A DNA stretch of 64,000 nucleotides from Planktothrix sp. GU0601_MAG3 (GTDB taxonomy: Bacteria; Cyanobacteriota; Cyanobacteriia; Cyanobacteriales; Microcoleaceae). The stretch covers positions 4,212,578-4,276,577 of the forward strand of contig CP136572.1 of the NCBI GenBank assembly GCA_035193785.1, written 5' to 3'. Below, piece by piece: positions 1 to 12,140 of this stretch. The position numbers and the translations under genes were made by a program. The notes under the pieces are model-generated. The model had not been told where the DNA came from. It did not search any database and saw only the letters and a program-made list of their open reading frames with translations. Numbering within the stretch: position 1 is the first letter of the stretch; the number at the start of each line of letters is the position of its first letter.

Positions 1-507
1 CTACTTTAAAACCTAGGATTCTCTCATAAAACCCTAAATAGAGACTCCCCTCACTGATATTGTGGACAGCCTAATGACCAGAACGGAGTTAGAAGCTCGT
101 TGAGAAGTCCTAACGGCTATCCTGAAGCCAACAGATTAACCAAGCGGCGATAGATTCTCCCGAAACCAGTCGCTAGACCCGTTGTCCCTAATGTATAGAA
201 TTCTTTAAACTCTTGCCCCAAGGATAACATAAAAATTAGAGAATGGGGGCTATTGAAGGAAATTTTTTTCAGTATGGGATTTGCCCACCGAGCCAGAAAA
301 ACAGAGTGGGGGAAAGGGGGTGCAAAAGCAGCAGAAGCGACCTTTTTCAAGGGTTAGCGGTGTTTAAATTTTTGAGGATTGCTCCTAGCCATGGAGAGTT
401 AGCGAGACAATATTTTAGCGAAAATGCGATCCCCTGAGCCGAAACAGCTTAGAATCAGACTATAATATGTAAAATTTTGTTAACTCAATGCCTGAGTTGG
501 CTAATCC

Positions 508-1480
508 ATGACATCGCAAACTTTTTTATTTTCGCCAGTTGAAGCAGACCTGCGACAGTTAACCGATAACTTAAAACAGCTTGTCGGTGCGCGACATCCG
601 ATTTTGTATGCCGCCGCAGAACACCTGTTTAGTGTCAAAGGGAAACGGGTACGTCCTGCGATTGTCCTGTTAATTTCCCGAATGACAATGCCCGATCAAA
701 ATATTAGCCTGAAGCACCGGAGGTTGGCAGAAATCACGGAAATGATCCATACCGCCAGTCTTGTCCATGATGATGTTGTGGACGATTCTGAAATGCGTCG
801 GGGAGTTCCCACGGTTTCATAGCCTATTTAATAACCGAGTTGCGGTATTAGCAGGAGACTTTCTGTTTGCCCAATCTTCTTGGTATTTAGCCAATTTAGA
901 TAACCTGGAGGTGGTGAAATTATTGTCTCAGGTGATTATGAATTTAGCGGAAGGAGAAATTCAACAGGGTCTGAATCGGTTTGACACGGGGTTATCCATT
1001 GAAGCCTACCTAGAAAAAAGTTATTATAAAACGGCTTCTTTGATTGCCAATAGTTCTAAAGCGGCAGGTGTTTTGAGTGAAGTTTCTCCGCAACAAACCG
1101 AAGATTTATATAACTATGGTCGTTATCTAGGTTTAGCCTTTCAAATTGTTGATGATATTTTGGATTTTACGGGTTTAACCGAGGAATTAGGGAAACCCGC
1201 AGCGTCTGATCTCAGAAGTGGAAATTTAACTGCACCCACCCTTTATGCTTTAGAGGAAAAACCCTACCTAGAAACTTTAATTGAGAGGGAATTTACTGCT
1301 GATGGAGATTTAGAACAGGCTTTGACCTTAATTAAAGATAGCTCTGGGATTCAACGCTCTAGGGAATTAGCCTCTTATCATGCCCAACAGGCGGTCAAGT
1401 ATTTGGAATCTTTTCCAACTTGTGAATCTCGACAGGCTTTAATTGGTTTAGCAGATTATGTTTTAAGTCGGCTGCACTAA
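508..1480 (+). CDS. sds: Solanesyl diphosphate synthase (one apparent +1 frameshift at 814-818)
   Basis: GKRVRP, LVHDDVVD, FQIVDDILD and KSYYKTASL prenyltransferase motifs; two ORFs join if GTTTC at 814-818 is read GTTC. Confidence 0.93.
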
Positions 1481-1485
1481 CAGGA

Positions 1486-1546
1486 GTTGACAGTTAACTG
1501 ATGGCGGTTGACTGTTGACTGTTAACTGTTAACTGTTAACTGTTAA
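1486..1546. repeat. Heptamer tandem repeat (CTGTTAA/CTGTTGA) between convergent genes
   Basis: actgttgact gttaactgtt aactgttaac tgttaa read directly. Confidence 0.8.
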
Positions 1547-1582
1547 TTAATAAAGTATTTCTGGCTGGCATATTGAAATAAA

Positions 1583-2345
1583 TCAAGCCACATTTTCCGA
1601 AAAGAAAAACACCTTTCCTCCGTAGGCTCGTTGTAGATAATCTTCTTTCAAAACCTGTTGACGATTGCCCATAGCAATTATTTCTTGATTGAGGAGAACC
1701 AAATCATCAAAGTTAACAATGGATTCTCCCAAATCATGGTTAATCACAATCACAATTTTCCCCGATGCTGCTAACTCTCGAAATAAACTAAAAATCACCG
1801 CTTCGGTTTTTTGATCAATCCCCACAAAGGGTTTCATCAAAACAAAAAATCTCCGCTTCCTGGGCTAAAGATCGGGCTAAAAATACACGCTGTTGTTGAC
1901 CGCCCGACAGTTGACCAATGGGGCGATGTTTGTATTCAACCATTCCCACCCTTTCTAATGCTTGGGTAGCTAGGCGACGACTTACCCCGGAAAAAGGACG
2001 TAACCACCCGGTTTTCCGCACTCTCCCCATCATCACAATATCCCAAACCGTTGCCGGATAGTTCCAGTCAATTTGCGATCGCTGGGGAACATAGGCGACC
2101 CGTTGACGTTGCTGAATTAGGGGTTTTCCGTCATAAACCACCGCACCCGTCCCCATGGGAATTAGCCCCAACATCGCCTTCATTAAGGTACTTTTCCCCG
2201 CCCCATTTGGCCCAATAATCCCCGTGAGTCGTCCGGGTTGGATGTTTAAACAGATATTCCGCAATGCTTCCACCCCGCGATAGTTGACGCTGAGGTGGTC
2301 AATGGTTAAGGCTGGATTAAGATGGGGGAATTCTATAATGTTCAT
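1583..2345 (-). CDS. mntA: Mn/Zn ABC transporter ATP-binding protein (frameshift at 1831-1835)
   Basis: Walker A GPNGAGKST, LSGGQQQRV signature, Walker B ..FDEPF restored on correction; start placed at MNIIEF, downstream of the ManR-like box. Confidence 0.85.
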
Positions 2346-2408
2346 CGGCGTTCCGGTGTGTTTTCTATTCCCTTTTTGGGGAGGATGATGTTTATAGTCT
2401 ATCATAAA

Positions 2409-2427
2409 CATGAAAAGATTATGAAAA
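2409..2427 (+). promoter_or_regulatory. ManR-type direct repeat CATGAAAA-GAT-TATGAAAA
   Basis: Two 8-mers 3 bp apart between divergent Mn-ABC genes; resembles the cyanobacterial ManR box as I recall it (TATGAAAAGAATATGAGAA). Confidence 0.65.
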
Positions 2428-2437
2428 ATTTTAGATC

Positions 2438-3406
2438 ATGTTGCCAATAGTTACTCAAAAGTCCTTTTCTATCCAGTTTTGGGGTATTTTTTGCGGGATT
2501 ATGTTAACGGGATTAAGTAGTTGTACTCAAGCAAAAATTGATAATTCTGTTAATAGCAATCTACCAAAAGTAGTATCTACGAGTACCATTATTGCCGATT
2601 TAACTGAACAAATTGCTGGGGATGAAATTGAACATCTAGGAATTTTAAAACCGGGTACAGATCCCCATGTTTATGAACCTGTTCCTCAAGATAGTATTGC
2701 TTTAGAAAAGGCGGATTTAATTTTTTATAATGGTTATAATTTAGAACCGGGATTAATTAAGTTAATTAGGGCGGCGGGAACTCAGGGAAAAAAAGTGGCT
2801 GTGGGGGAAGTGGTTAAACCTTTAGATTTTCAATATAAAGGACAAAAACAACCCGATCCTCATGTTTGGGGAACGGCTAAAAATGCTATTTTAATGGCGA
2901 ATAAGATTAGGGATGAGTTGATTATTTTATCTCCTGAAGATCGGGATATTTTTACTAAAAATGCGGCTGAATTAACTAAAAAATTAACTAAATTAGAGGC
3001 TTGGATTCAAGAACAAATTGCCACTATTCCCCCTAAAAATAGAAAGTTGGTGACAACCCATGATGCGTTTCAATATTATGCTTATAACTATAAATTAGAG
3101 GTTATTGGTACATTAATTGGGATTAGCACGGAAGAACAACCGAGTGCAAAAACCGTTAAAACCTTAGCGGGTTCGATTCAAGAAGCGGGGGTTCCAGCTA
3201 TTTTTGCGGAAACTACTATTAACCCTCAATTAATTACAACGGTTGCGGAAGAATCGGGGGTTAAATTAGCTCCAGAGCAGTTATATTCTGATTCGATTGG
3301 TGCTCCAGGAAGTGCGGGGGAAACCTATATTAAAATGTTGGTTAAAAATACTAAAACTATTGTGGAAGCATTGGGGGGGAAATATACTCCTTTTAATCCT
3401 AATTAA
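2438..3406 (+). CDS. mntC: Metal (Mn) ABC transporter substrate-binding lipoprotein
   Basis: Lipobox LSSC; DPHVYEP, DPHVW, VTTHDAF and LYSDS motifs of the TroA/PsaA family. Confidence 0.88.
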   Translation: MLPIVTQKSFSIQFWGIFCGIMLTGLSSCTQAKIDNSVNSNLPKVVSTSTIIADLTEQIAGDEIEHLGILKPGTDPHVYEPVPQDSIALEKADLIFYNGYNLEPGLIKLIRAAGTQGKKVAVGEVVKPLDFQYKGQKQPDPHVWGTAKNAILMANKIRDELIILSPEDRDIFTKNAAELTKKLTKLEAWIQEQIATIPPKNRKLVTTHDAFQYYAYNYKLEVIGTLIGISTEEQPSAKTVKTLAGSIQEAGVPAIFAETTINPQLITTVAEESGVKLAPEQLYSDSIGAPGSAGETYIKMLVKNTKTIVEALGGKYTPFNPN

Positions 3407-3490
3407 AATTTTGTTGTTGCGCTTCAGCGCCATCTTTATGAGGGTACTGAAGCACAACAACGGGCAACAACGGGCAACAACGCCATAATT

Positions 3491-5450
3491 TTAATCATTC
3501 AGGACTTGATAAATATTAATTAACTGTTGACGTCCGTGCAATTGAACACGACCAACATAACAGGTAGGAAACTTACTATCAATTTGTTTATGGGTTTCTT
3601 CATTAATTAATATTCGACAGATTCCTTGATCATAAAACGATTTATCATAACTTTCTAAGCGAGCAGCAATATTAACACTATCCCCTAAAGTTGTGTATTC
3701 CATGCGTTGAGAACTTCCCAAGCTTCCGGTTACGACAACTCCAGTTGCAATCCCAATTCTCATGGAAATTATAGGTTGATTTTGTTGTTTCCAATGTTGA
3801 TTCAGAGATCGCAATTTTTCCCCCATTGCTAAAGCACAGGATACCGCCGATGTAGCATCTTGAGCAATTTCTTGATCGGAATTTCTAGGAATAGGAACCC
3901 CAAAAACCGCCATCACAGCATCCCCCATAAATTTATCCACAACTCCATCATGTTCAAACACAGTATTAGCCATAGCATTCATATATTCATTTAACCAATC
4001 CATTAACATAGCTGGTTTCCATTTGTTCCGCAATGGTACTAAATCCTCTAATATCAGTAAATAGGACAGTAGCAATCATTTTCTGCCCCATGATTTGACC
4101 TTTTTCTAATAAATCCTCTCGATTTTGCCAAATAGTTTCAGCAATTTTGGGAGTCACATAACGTTGAAATAAAGTCATCACCATTTTTCGGTCTTGACGT
4201 TCAACATTAGCAATATAAGCTGTGACCACCATTCCCGAACTAACTAATGCTAATAAAGGAGAAATTAGGGGAAGCCACCAACCACTTAAAAAAGCCCAGT
4301 AGGAAATCAGAATTAAACCTCCCGTAGCTAAAATCAAACAATAAGCCGTCCAACGGGTTCCCCCATAAACCCAGCCTAAGCTACTACCTAAAGTTGACCA
4401 AACAAATACCCAAAACCACTCCATTCGATCTGACCAAACATAAATTAAAGGCCGTCCATCTAGGGCACTACTGATGATTTTACTGGCAATATTGGCATGA
4501 ATAATTACCCCGGGAGTGCGATCGCTGATACTAAATAAATTACTGGTATAGGGAGTAAAAAATAAGTCATTTAAACTTTGGGCAAAGGGGCCAATTAATA
4601 CAATTTTATTTTTAAAAAAATCCGGGGGAACTTGATTATTTAAAACCTGCGTTATCGAAATTGTTTTAAAATTATCCTGCGATCCTCGATAATTTAATAG
4701 GATTTGATACCCCTTATCATCGGCGCGAACATAACCGCCATCATTTTTAGTAAATCTAATAAATTCGGCTTTTCCTAATTTCACCTGATGATTTGTTGTC
4801 ATTTCCGGTGTCACTCCTTGAGCTTCTAAATACATCAGAGCAACCCGCGCCCCCAAATTAAGAATTGTAGGACTATTCGGAGGTTTTATGGATAATAATG
4901 CTCGACGAACTTTACCATCCGCATCCAAAATTAAATCCGCCGCCCCCACTTGATCTTTCTCTTTTAAGATGGGTGGGGGTTCAATAGAAGCTCGATTTTG
5001 ATCCTCAACAACTTTTTCTACACCGATTAAATTTGGAGTGGTTTTAAAAACATTAACTAAATCCTTATTCCCGGGTTCAACGGGTAAATTCCTATAAATA
5101 TCTAAGCCAATAGCAACGGGTTTTTGTTGCTGGATTTTTGTAATTAACTTTGCTAAAATAGCATCGGGAATCGGCCATTGTCCGAGCTTTTTTAAATCCG
5201 GTTCATCAATCGTGACAATCACAATTCGAGGGTCGGGAGCTTCCAGAGATCGCCAACGGACAAATTGATCAAAAGTTGCCCAATCTAAAAGTTGTAAAAA
5301 CCCCGTACTTTGCAAGGTAATGACTGAAGCGGTTATCAATGGACTTAACCATAAATAACGAAATAACTTCAGTCCTTGCCAAGAAACTCCCAATTTTAAA
5401 GTATGAAGTCTGAAGGCTATTTTTTTTTGTTTCATAACTTCATACTTCAT
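3491..5450 (-). CDS. CHASE2-domain class III adenylate/guanylate cyclase (frameshift at 4015-4019)
   Basis: CHASE2 (IVIVTIDE, WPIPD, GLDIYR), TM helices, cyclase motifs VLFTDIRGFS, DKFMGDAVMA, GDSVNIAARLES. Confidence 0.9.
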
Positions 5451-5466
5451 GGGAGTTAAACCTTAA

Positions 5467-6262
5467 TTAATTATCAAGGGCATTCACAAAGGGTTGATTA
5501 GCGATCGCTTCTAAACCCACGGATTCCAAAAGTTGTTTCCATTCCTGAGTTAAATTGCTATCGGTCGGTTGAGTTTGACGCAATTTAGCTAAGGTGGCTA
5601 AACTCTCAAACCAAATCCCATTTTCAGCATAAATTTTAGCCTGTTCTAAGGGTTTAGCTTGTTGCAATTTTGCTGTTAAGCTGGCATCGGGTTCGGTTCT
5701 TTTAATTTCCCCAGTCACAAACACGACTTTCGGTTCGGTGGTATTTTCCGCATTACAAATTACCCCAAATGACCAACGATAGGTTTGACCAACTTTTAAC
5801 GGTGGGGTGTCTTTGGGAATTTCAATACTAACAATTCCCTGTTGATCAGAAATCGCTATATTGGTTTGATAAATGTCGTTGTTGTTTTGATCTTTTAGAC
5901 TAAAAGCGGCTTTGGTTGCCGGAATTGGGGGAATATAAAAAAAGAAGGTCGGAGTTGCCGCCATCGTCAACCCTTTAATGTCCGTTTGTTTGCTATTCGC
6001 TTGGGTCGAAAAAGCCGGAAACTAAAGCCATTAAGGGGGGGTTGATGCCCTGGGCCATATTAGGGCATTGACCGCGAGAACCTCCCCCGGCGGTGCGGCT
6101 GGGCATTCCTTCCCCGGCTGGGGGTTCAAAGGCCATACTGATTTGGATGCCCTCAGCACTTTGAGGCTGGGCGATAACGGACAGTTGAGGAACAAAAACC
6201 CCTCCCACAAAGGTCAGGAGAGACAGGCTAATCAAATGTTGGTGCAAATGTTTCCGTGGCAT
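5467..6262 (-). CDS. DUF928 domain protein (frameshift at 6018-6022)
   Basis: Signal peptide, P..TAGGGSRG, PTFFFYIP, YAENGIWFESLATLA. Confidence 0.85.
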
Positions 6263-6440
6263 AGAAGTATGAGTCTCCAAAGAATACCAATAAATTATGG
6301 AATCAGATTCAACGGGACTGGTTTTAGATGAATTTGTCCCGGGCGATGCACTAATATTTTGATTTTATCAAAACCCTATCTGAAAACAAGCATAGCAATC
6401 GCCCTAAAAGCTTTCATAACCTACATTCAGGGTGACAAAT

Positions 6441-8982
6441 TTATTGCCAATTTCCCACTAAAATAAAGGGAGCCCAATAATAAGGATCTTGATATTCAGG
6501 CTGCTGTAACAGTTTTAACTGGGCTTGACGCAGGGCTTGGGATTTAGTAACTTGGGGCCGGATTAATTCTCGATAAAATTCCGCCATCAAGGAGGCAGTG
6601 GAGGCATCATTAACTTGCCAGAGGGTTGCCAAGGTACTCCGCGCCCCAGAAACGCACGGCTACTCCCGCTAATCCTAGGGCGGCTCGTTGATCTCCGGTT
6701 GCAGTCTCGCAGGCACTCAAGACTAATAATTCTACAGGGTTTTGTTCTCCGGGTTGGCGACTGCGCAGCAGATAATCTAAGTCTTTAACATTAATTCGAC
6801 TTTCCCAAGTTAATAAAAATGTATCTTCGGCTTTGGAACTAAATTGTCCATGGGTGGCTAAATGTACTATGGGAAATGGGGTTTTTTGAATTTGTTGTTG
6901 CACCGCATCCCGGGTAAATTGTTGATTTAATAAAACTTTTGTGGGAATATTTTCTTGAATTTGTTGGATTTCTGTGGCGACCGCAGGTAGGGCGGAAAAA
7001 CCTTGGCGGGCTTCACTTAATCCAAGGGTTAAGCTTTGCAGTTGATTGGGTTTTAGGGAGCGAGAAGCTAGAAGTTTTAAACCCGGAGTTAGGGCTAAAT
7101 TATAGTTTTCAACAAGATATTTTTTGCCGTCATATAGGGCAGCCATGGGGATATTCCGCAGGGAACCATCTAAGACAAAAACTAAGGTTTTAATCGAATT
7201 ATTTTTGAGATCCTGTTCAGCCGCACGAATCAGCAATTCATAAACCTGTTGAGATAATTTTATTCGCTCTTTTGTGGAAAAAATTGGTTGGAAAGATAGT
7301 CGTAATTCTCGCAGAATATTTTCAACTTGTTCTTGAGGAATTGTGGTAGAATGGTGTTGTAATGGTTTACCAGGAATTGAGATAATTACTTCTAAACGAT
7401 TCGCTAAAATGATCGGATAAATTATGGCAGCTTGGGGATCTATTTGATCAATTTGTTGGGGTTTAATTTCTTGATCTAAACAGGCTTCTTGGAAGAAGTT
7501 ATCGAGTTCTGCAATCTGTAGGGATTCTATCAGTTCCCGGGCAATTTTTAGGTTGTCTTGAGTGGGAGATTGTAAAATTAAATCGACTAATTCTCGATAG
7601 ACAGGTTCCACACTTTCCCGAAAGGAAAACTGCACATTTTGGTCAATGGTTACTAGGTCTTTTCTCAGGGATTTTAGGTTATTAACAGCCTCTGTATAGG
7701 CGGCGATCGCTTCGTTTTTGCGATTTTGTTGTTTCAGCAGTCTTCCTAACTGCCATTGCCATTGATAGGCAATATCGGAGGCATTAATAGATTGGGCAAT
7801 TAACAAGGCTTTTTCTGTTAACTCTTGGGATTTTAAGGGTTGTTGGTTTTGTTCATAAAACTTGCCCAAACTTCCTAATGCGTAGGATTCTGCTCGCAAG
7901 TCCTGTAGGTTTTTAGCATCTTGAATCGCCGTATTGATTAGGGCAATAACTTCCGAAAAATCACCCTCTTTTTCAGCTTTTATCAAATAATTACTAAAAT
8001 TAACTTTAGCATAAATTGAACTCCGACTAACGGGAACTTCAGGCAGAAAAGATTTAATTTGACTCGATAAATTTTCTGCTTCTGGTTGTTTATTTAGGTC
8101 AATCAGCAAGCTATATTGATTAATTAAAGCCTGGATTTTTCCCAAGGCATCTGGGGCAGTTTTCGCGGCATTTTGATAATATTCTAAAGCCAGATCTAAA
8201 TTATTTTGACTGCGATTAAGATTAGCTAAACTTAAATATAATTGACTTGATAGTTGCTGGTTATTTAAGGTTTTAGCTAATTCTAAGCTTTGTTTTAAAA
8301 CTGTTTCAGAAGTTGTTAAATCTCCCACCTGTTTTAAGGTATTTCCTAAACTTAGTAGGGCTGTAGCTTTAATTAAAGAATCCGGTTGAGATTTGAGAGT
8401 TTCGTTAACTTCTGTTAAAGTCTTTAAAGATTGTCGATAAAGCCCTAAACTTTGTAAAGCAATTGATTGATTAATTTGATTGGTGATTTTTCCTAGAAAA
8501 TTTCCCGCTTTTAGATAAAGTTCAAGGGATTGTTTCCAGGTTTTAATTGCCTGTTCGGGCTGTCCTATTGCTAGTTGTAATTGACCTTGAATATCTAAGA
8601 TTTGAGCTAGAATTAAAGGTTTTTTAGAAAAGGATGAATCCTGAATTAATCCCAAACTTGACTCCAGGGTTTTTTCGGCTTTCTCCCATTGTCCTAATTG
8701 CTGAAAAACCAAAGATAGGTTACTTAAAGCGATTGCTTGATTCACCCGATCTCCTTGTTCAGAAAAGCCTAAAATTGCCCGTTGTAAAACTTCCGCCGAT
8801 TCCGTATATTGTCCCTGAGTATAATATTGTTTTCCTTGTTGAAATAAAGCCTGGGGATCAATAGTATTATTTTGAACAATAGTGTAGTTTTTCAGGGGTT
8901 GCAAATCTCCTAAACTTAAGGTAAAATTATTGAAGAATACAATAGGTAAAATCCCTAACCTCATTAAACCTTTATTAAACAT
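6441..8982 (-). CDS. TPR + CHAT (caspase-like) domain protein (frameshift at 6649-6653)
   Basis: N-terminal TPRs; CHAT motifs VHLATHG, LVLSACET, TLWQVND, PYYWAPFILVGNW. Confidence 0.9.
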
Positions 8983-9093
8983 AATTAACCTCTTTATCTA
9001 TTTCCCGTTCTCTGCTATACTACAATAATCAATTGATTCTAACAGGATCAGTTATTGTTTTTCTTTTGGTTATTAAAGTTTATATGGGGAAAA

Positions 9094-10080
9094 ATGGCTA
9101 ACTTATTAGTGACCGGGGTGGCAGGATTTATTGGATTTCACCTGTGTCAACGTTTGTTAGACCGAGGGGACACCATCATTGGAATTGATAACCTCAGTGA
9201 TTATTATGATATTTCTCTCAAACAAGCCCGTTTAGAACAGTTAAAAAACCGAGTAGGATTTTCTTTTGAAAAACTAGATTTAGCTGATAGACAGGGAGTC
9301 AATAAGTTATTTACTCAGGGAAATTTTGAACAAGTTGCCCATCTTGCCGCCCAAGCCGGGGTAAGATATTCTTTAAAAAATCCCTATGCTTATATTGATA
9401 GTAACCTAGTGGGATTTCTTAATATTTTAGAAGGGTGTCGCCATGCCCAAATTCAACATTTAGTTTATGGGTCTTCGAGTTCTGTTTATGGGGCGAATAA
9501 AAAAATCCCATTTTCAGTAGAAGATAACGTAGATTATCCGATTAGTTTATATGCAGCAACCAAAAAATCTAATGAATTAATCGCCCATAGTTACAGCCAT
9601 TTGTATCAAATTCCGATGACAGGATTGCGATTTTTTACTGTTTATGGGCCCTGGGGTCGTCCTGATATGGCGATGTTTATTTTTACAAAAGCAATTCTCG
9701 AAGAAACACCCATTGATGTGTTTAATTATGGCAAAATGCAACGGGATTTTACTTATGTTGATGATATCGTAGAAGGAGTAATTAGAACATTAGATAGAAT
9801 TCCCCAACCAGGTGAAAATCCCCACACAAATGCACCCTATAAACTGTATAATATTGGGAATAATAAACCAATTGAATTATTACATTTGATTGAAGTCTTA
9901 GAAACGGTATTAGGTAAATCTGCCATCAAAAATTTCATGCCCATTCAACCCGGAGATGTCCCGATAACCTATGCGGATGTCGATGCTTTAATTCAAGATG
10001 TAGAATTTCAACCCAATACTTCAATAGAAGTTGGAGTCCAACGATTTGTAGAGTGGTATCGTTCCTATTATCGGGTTTAA
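9094..10080 (+). CDS. NAD-dependent epimerase (UDP-glucuronate 4-epimerase type)
   Basis: [40 protein letters not shown]. Confidence 0.92.
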   Translation: MANLLVTGVAGFIGFHLCQRLLDRGDTIIGIDNLSDYYDISLKQARLEQLKNRVGFSFEKLDLADRQGVNKLFTQGNFEQVAHLAAQAGVRYSLKNPYAYIDSNLVGFLNILEGCRHAQIQHLVYGSSSSVYGANKKIPFSVEDNVDYPISLYAATKKSNELIAHSYSHLYQIPMTGLRFFTVYGPWGRPDMAMFIFTKAILEETPIDVFNYGKMQRDFTYVDDIVEGVIRTLDRIPQPGENPHTNAPYKLYNIGNNKPIELLHLIEVLETVLGKSAIKNFMPIQPGDVPITYADVDALIQDVEFQPNTSIEVGVQRFVEWYRSYYRV

Positions 10081-10276
10081 AAATAGCATTTTTAGGGTAA
10101 AATAGGAAACCATAGAAACTGTTTTTTGGGATTGCTAACAGAGGAAAACCGTACTTCATAGGTTGGGATATACAACCTAGAGGGGATTGCCTAGTTTATT
10201 TACAATTCGTTACAATGGGTTTATGAAAGACCAGAGGTTGAATCTATCTTCTGGATTAGTATAAGAGGTAGCCAAC

Positions 10277-11398
10277 ATGAATGGCTCTATTCGCGTCGGT
10301 AATTTATTCGGTATTCCATTTTATATTAACCTTTCTTGGTTTCTAATTCTGGCTTTAATGACCCTCAGTTATGGGGGAAATTTGGGATCTCAATTTCCCC
10401 AATTAGGTTTAGGACTGTCATTATTTCTCGGATTAATTGCCGCATTACTTCTATTTGCTTCGGTTTTAGCCCATGAATTAGGACATAGTTTTGTAGCAAT
10501 CAAACAAGGAATTCAGGTTAAATCCATCACGTTATTTTTATTTGGGGGATTAGCAGGTTTAGACCAAGAAGCAAAAACCCCCGGTGGGGCTTTTTGGATT
10601 GCCATTGCTGGGCCGTTAGTTAGTTTATTGTTATTTTTGGGGTTGAATTTTATTGGCTCCTATTTGCTAATAAATGGGGCTTTATCGGCCTTAGTTAGTC
10701 TCCTAGCTTATGTTAATTTAGCCCTAGCGGTCTTTAATTTAATTCCCGGTTTACCCCTCGATGGTGGGAATATTCTCAAGGCGTTGGTTTGGAAAATTAC
10801 CGGGAATCAATATCAGGGGACTGTATTTGCCAGTCGGTCGGGTCAAGGATTAGGTTTAATCGGAATTTCATTGGGATTTTTACCTCTGTTAACCTCCGGT
10901 GGGTCTCCTAATTTCTGGACAGTTTTGATTGGGTGGTTTGTATTTAGTAATGCGGGGGTTTTAGCCAAAGATGCCAAACTGCGGAATAAATTATCGGGTT
11001 TTACCGCCGAGGATGCTTTAGTTAATCAAAATTCCGTGGTTTCTCAAGACACTTCATTAAGAAACTTTGTCAATGATTATATTATTGGGAAACCTGCCAT
11101 TGCACAATTTTTAGTCATCAATAACGAAGGAAAATTAGTCGGTCAAATTAGCGGAGATGACCTCAAACTGATTCCCACTTCCCATTGGCCGTTAACTGAT
11201 ATTGAAACCGTGATGAAACCCGTTGAGTTGACAACAATTATTGATGCCAAACAATCCCTGTTAGAAGTCGTGAATTTACTGGAACAACAACAGTTAAATG
11301 AAGTCGCCGTGGTTCGGAATGGGGTGTTGGTGGGATTCATTGAAAAAGCATCAATTCGTCGGTTATTAGATGAATCTTTGCAAGCTAATCCCGCTTAA
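10277..11398 (+). CDS. Site-2 protease (M50) with CBS domains
   Basis: HELGH zinc motif, FNLIPGLPLDGG, C-terminal CBS pair. Confidence 0.9.
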   Translation: MNGSIRVGNLFGIPFYINLSWFLILALMTLSYGGNLGSQFPQLGLGLSLFLGLIAALLLFASVLAHELGHSFVAIKQGIQVKSITLFLFGGLAGLDQEAKTPGGAFWIAIAGPLVSLLLFLGLNFIGSYLLINGALSALVSLLAYVNLALAVFNLIPGLPLDGGNILKALVWKITGNQYQGTVFASRSGQGLGLIGISLGFLPLLTSGGSPNFWTVLIGWFVFSNAGVLAKDAKLRNKLSGFTAEDALVNQNSVVSQDTSLRNFVNDYIIGKPAIAQFLVINNEGKLVGQISGDDLKLIPTSHWPLTDIETVMKPVELTTIIDAKQSLLEVVNLLEQQQLNEVAVVRNGVLVGFIEKASIRRLLDESLQANPA

Positions 11399-11420
11399 AA
11401 TTAGTCGATCATATCCCGCC

Positions 11421-11448
11421 GTAGAGACGCGCCATGGCGCGTCTCTAC
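11421..11448. repeat. GTAG-type REP-like perfect palindrome GTAGAGACGCGCCATGGCGCGTCTCTAC
   Basis: 28-bp perfect inverted repeat between convergent genes; related copies at 15185 and 49173. Confidence 0.85.
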
Positions 11449-11451
11449 AAA

Positions 11452-12009
11452 CTAAAGTAACCAAGTGCTATCAGAAAAATCCTGATTGGAAAGGGGTTGG
11501 GTGGTGGAAGAATAGGGACGACGGGCTAATGGATGGGCCTTGGGTTTTTCGATGGCTTTCGGGGGCAAAGGTAAGGGTTGAACTTTAGGTTCTAAGGCGG
11601 TTTTTAACGATTCATTTTCTTGTTTTAGGGTTTTCAATTCGGCAATTAATTTAGAATTTACCTCAGATAATTGTAAGGCTGCTTCTTGAGCTTTTTGTAA
11701 TTTTCCTTTTAAATCCGATTCTTGAATTTCAGTTTTCATCCGAGCAATAAATTGATTTCTTTCATCTAATTCAGTTTGTAATTGTAACACTTTTTCTTGA
11801 AGCGATCGCTCTTGATTTTGAATCGTTTCTAAAGCCGATTTCAACTCAACTATTTTCTCCTCCAAGTCCAATTGGATCACCGATATTGTGGGTGAAGCTG
11901 TCGATTCAGTCACCACCACACTTTCATTCGGGACAATTTCCACTTCAGCCGTTGAACCTTTTTCCGTTTCCTGGCGTACCATATCAGAAAGACGTTTCCG
12001 CACCATCAT
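11452..12009 (-). CDS. Coiled-coil hypothetical protein
   Basis: Long ORF with heptad-rich E/K/Q/L segment. Confidence 0.7.
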   Translation of the reverse strand: MMVRKRLSDMVRQETEKGSTAEVEIVPNESVVVTESTASPTISVIQLDLEEKIVELKSALETIQNQERSLQEKVLQLQTELDERNQFIARMKTEIQESDLKGKLQKAQEAALQLSEVNSKLIAELKTLKQENESLKTALEPKVQPLPLPPKAIEKPKAHPLARRPYSSTTQPLSNQDFSDSTWLL

Positions 12010-12077
12010 TCTTCCCCTTGAATGAGTATTGATTTCCAAATCATAACCTTAATCTGCCCTGGAGAGACAATAAAAAA

Positions 12078-12113
12078 GGGAATCAGGAAAGACTTTAACA
12101 TTCCTTGATTCCC
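12078..12113 (-). terminator. Stem-loop terminator downstream of the L,D-transpeptidase gene
   Basis: GGGAATCAGGAA...TTCCTTGATTCCC hairpin next to an A-run (U-tract on the minus strand). Confidence 0.55.
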
Positions 12114-12140
12114 CAAAATCTCAATAACATCTAAATTAAA

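Noticed and set aside
117..437. Two short overlapping ORFs upstream of sds
   Set aside because: No recognisable motifs; they overlap each other and probable promoter/RNA sequence
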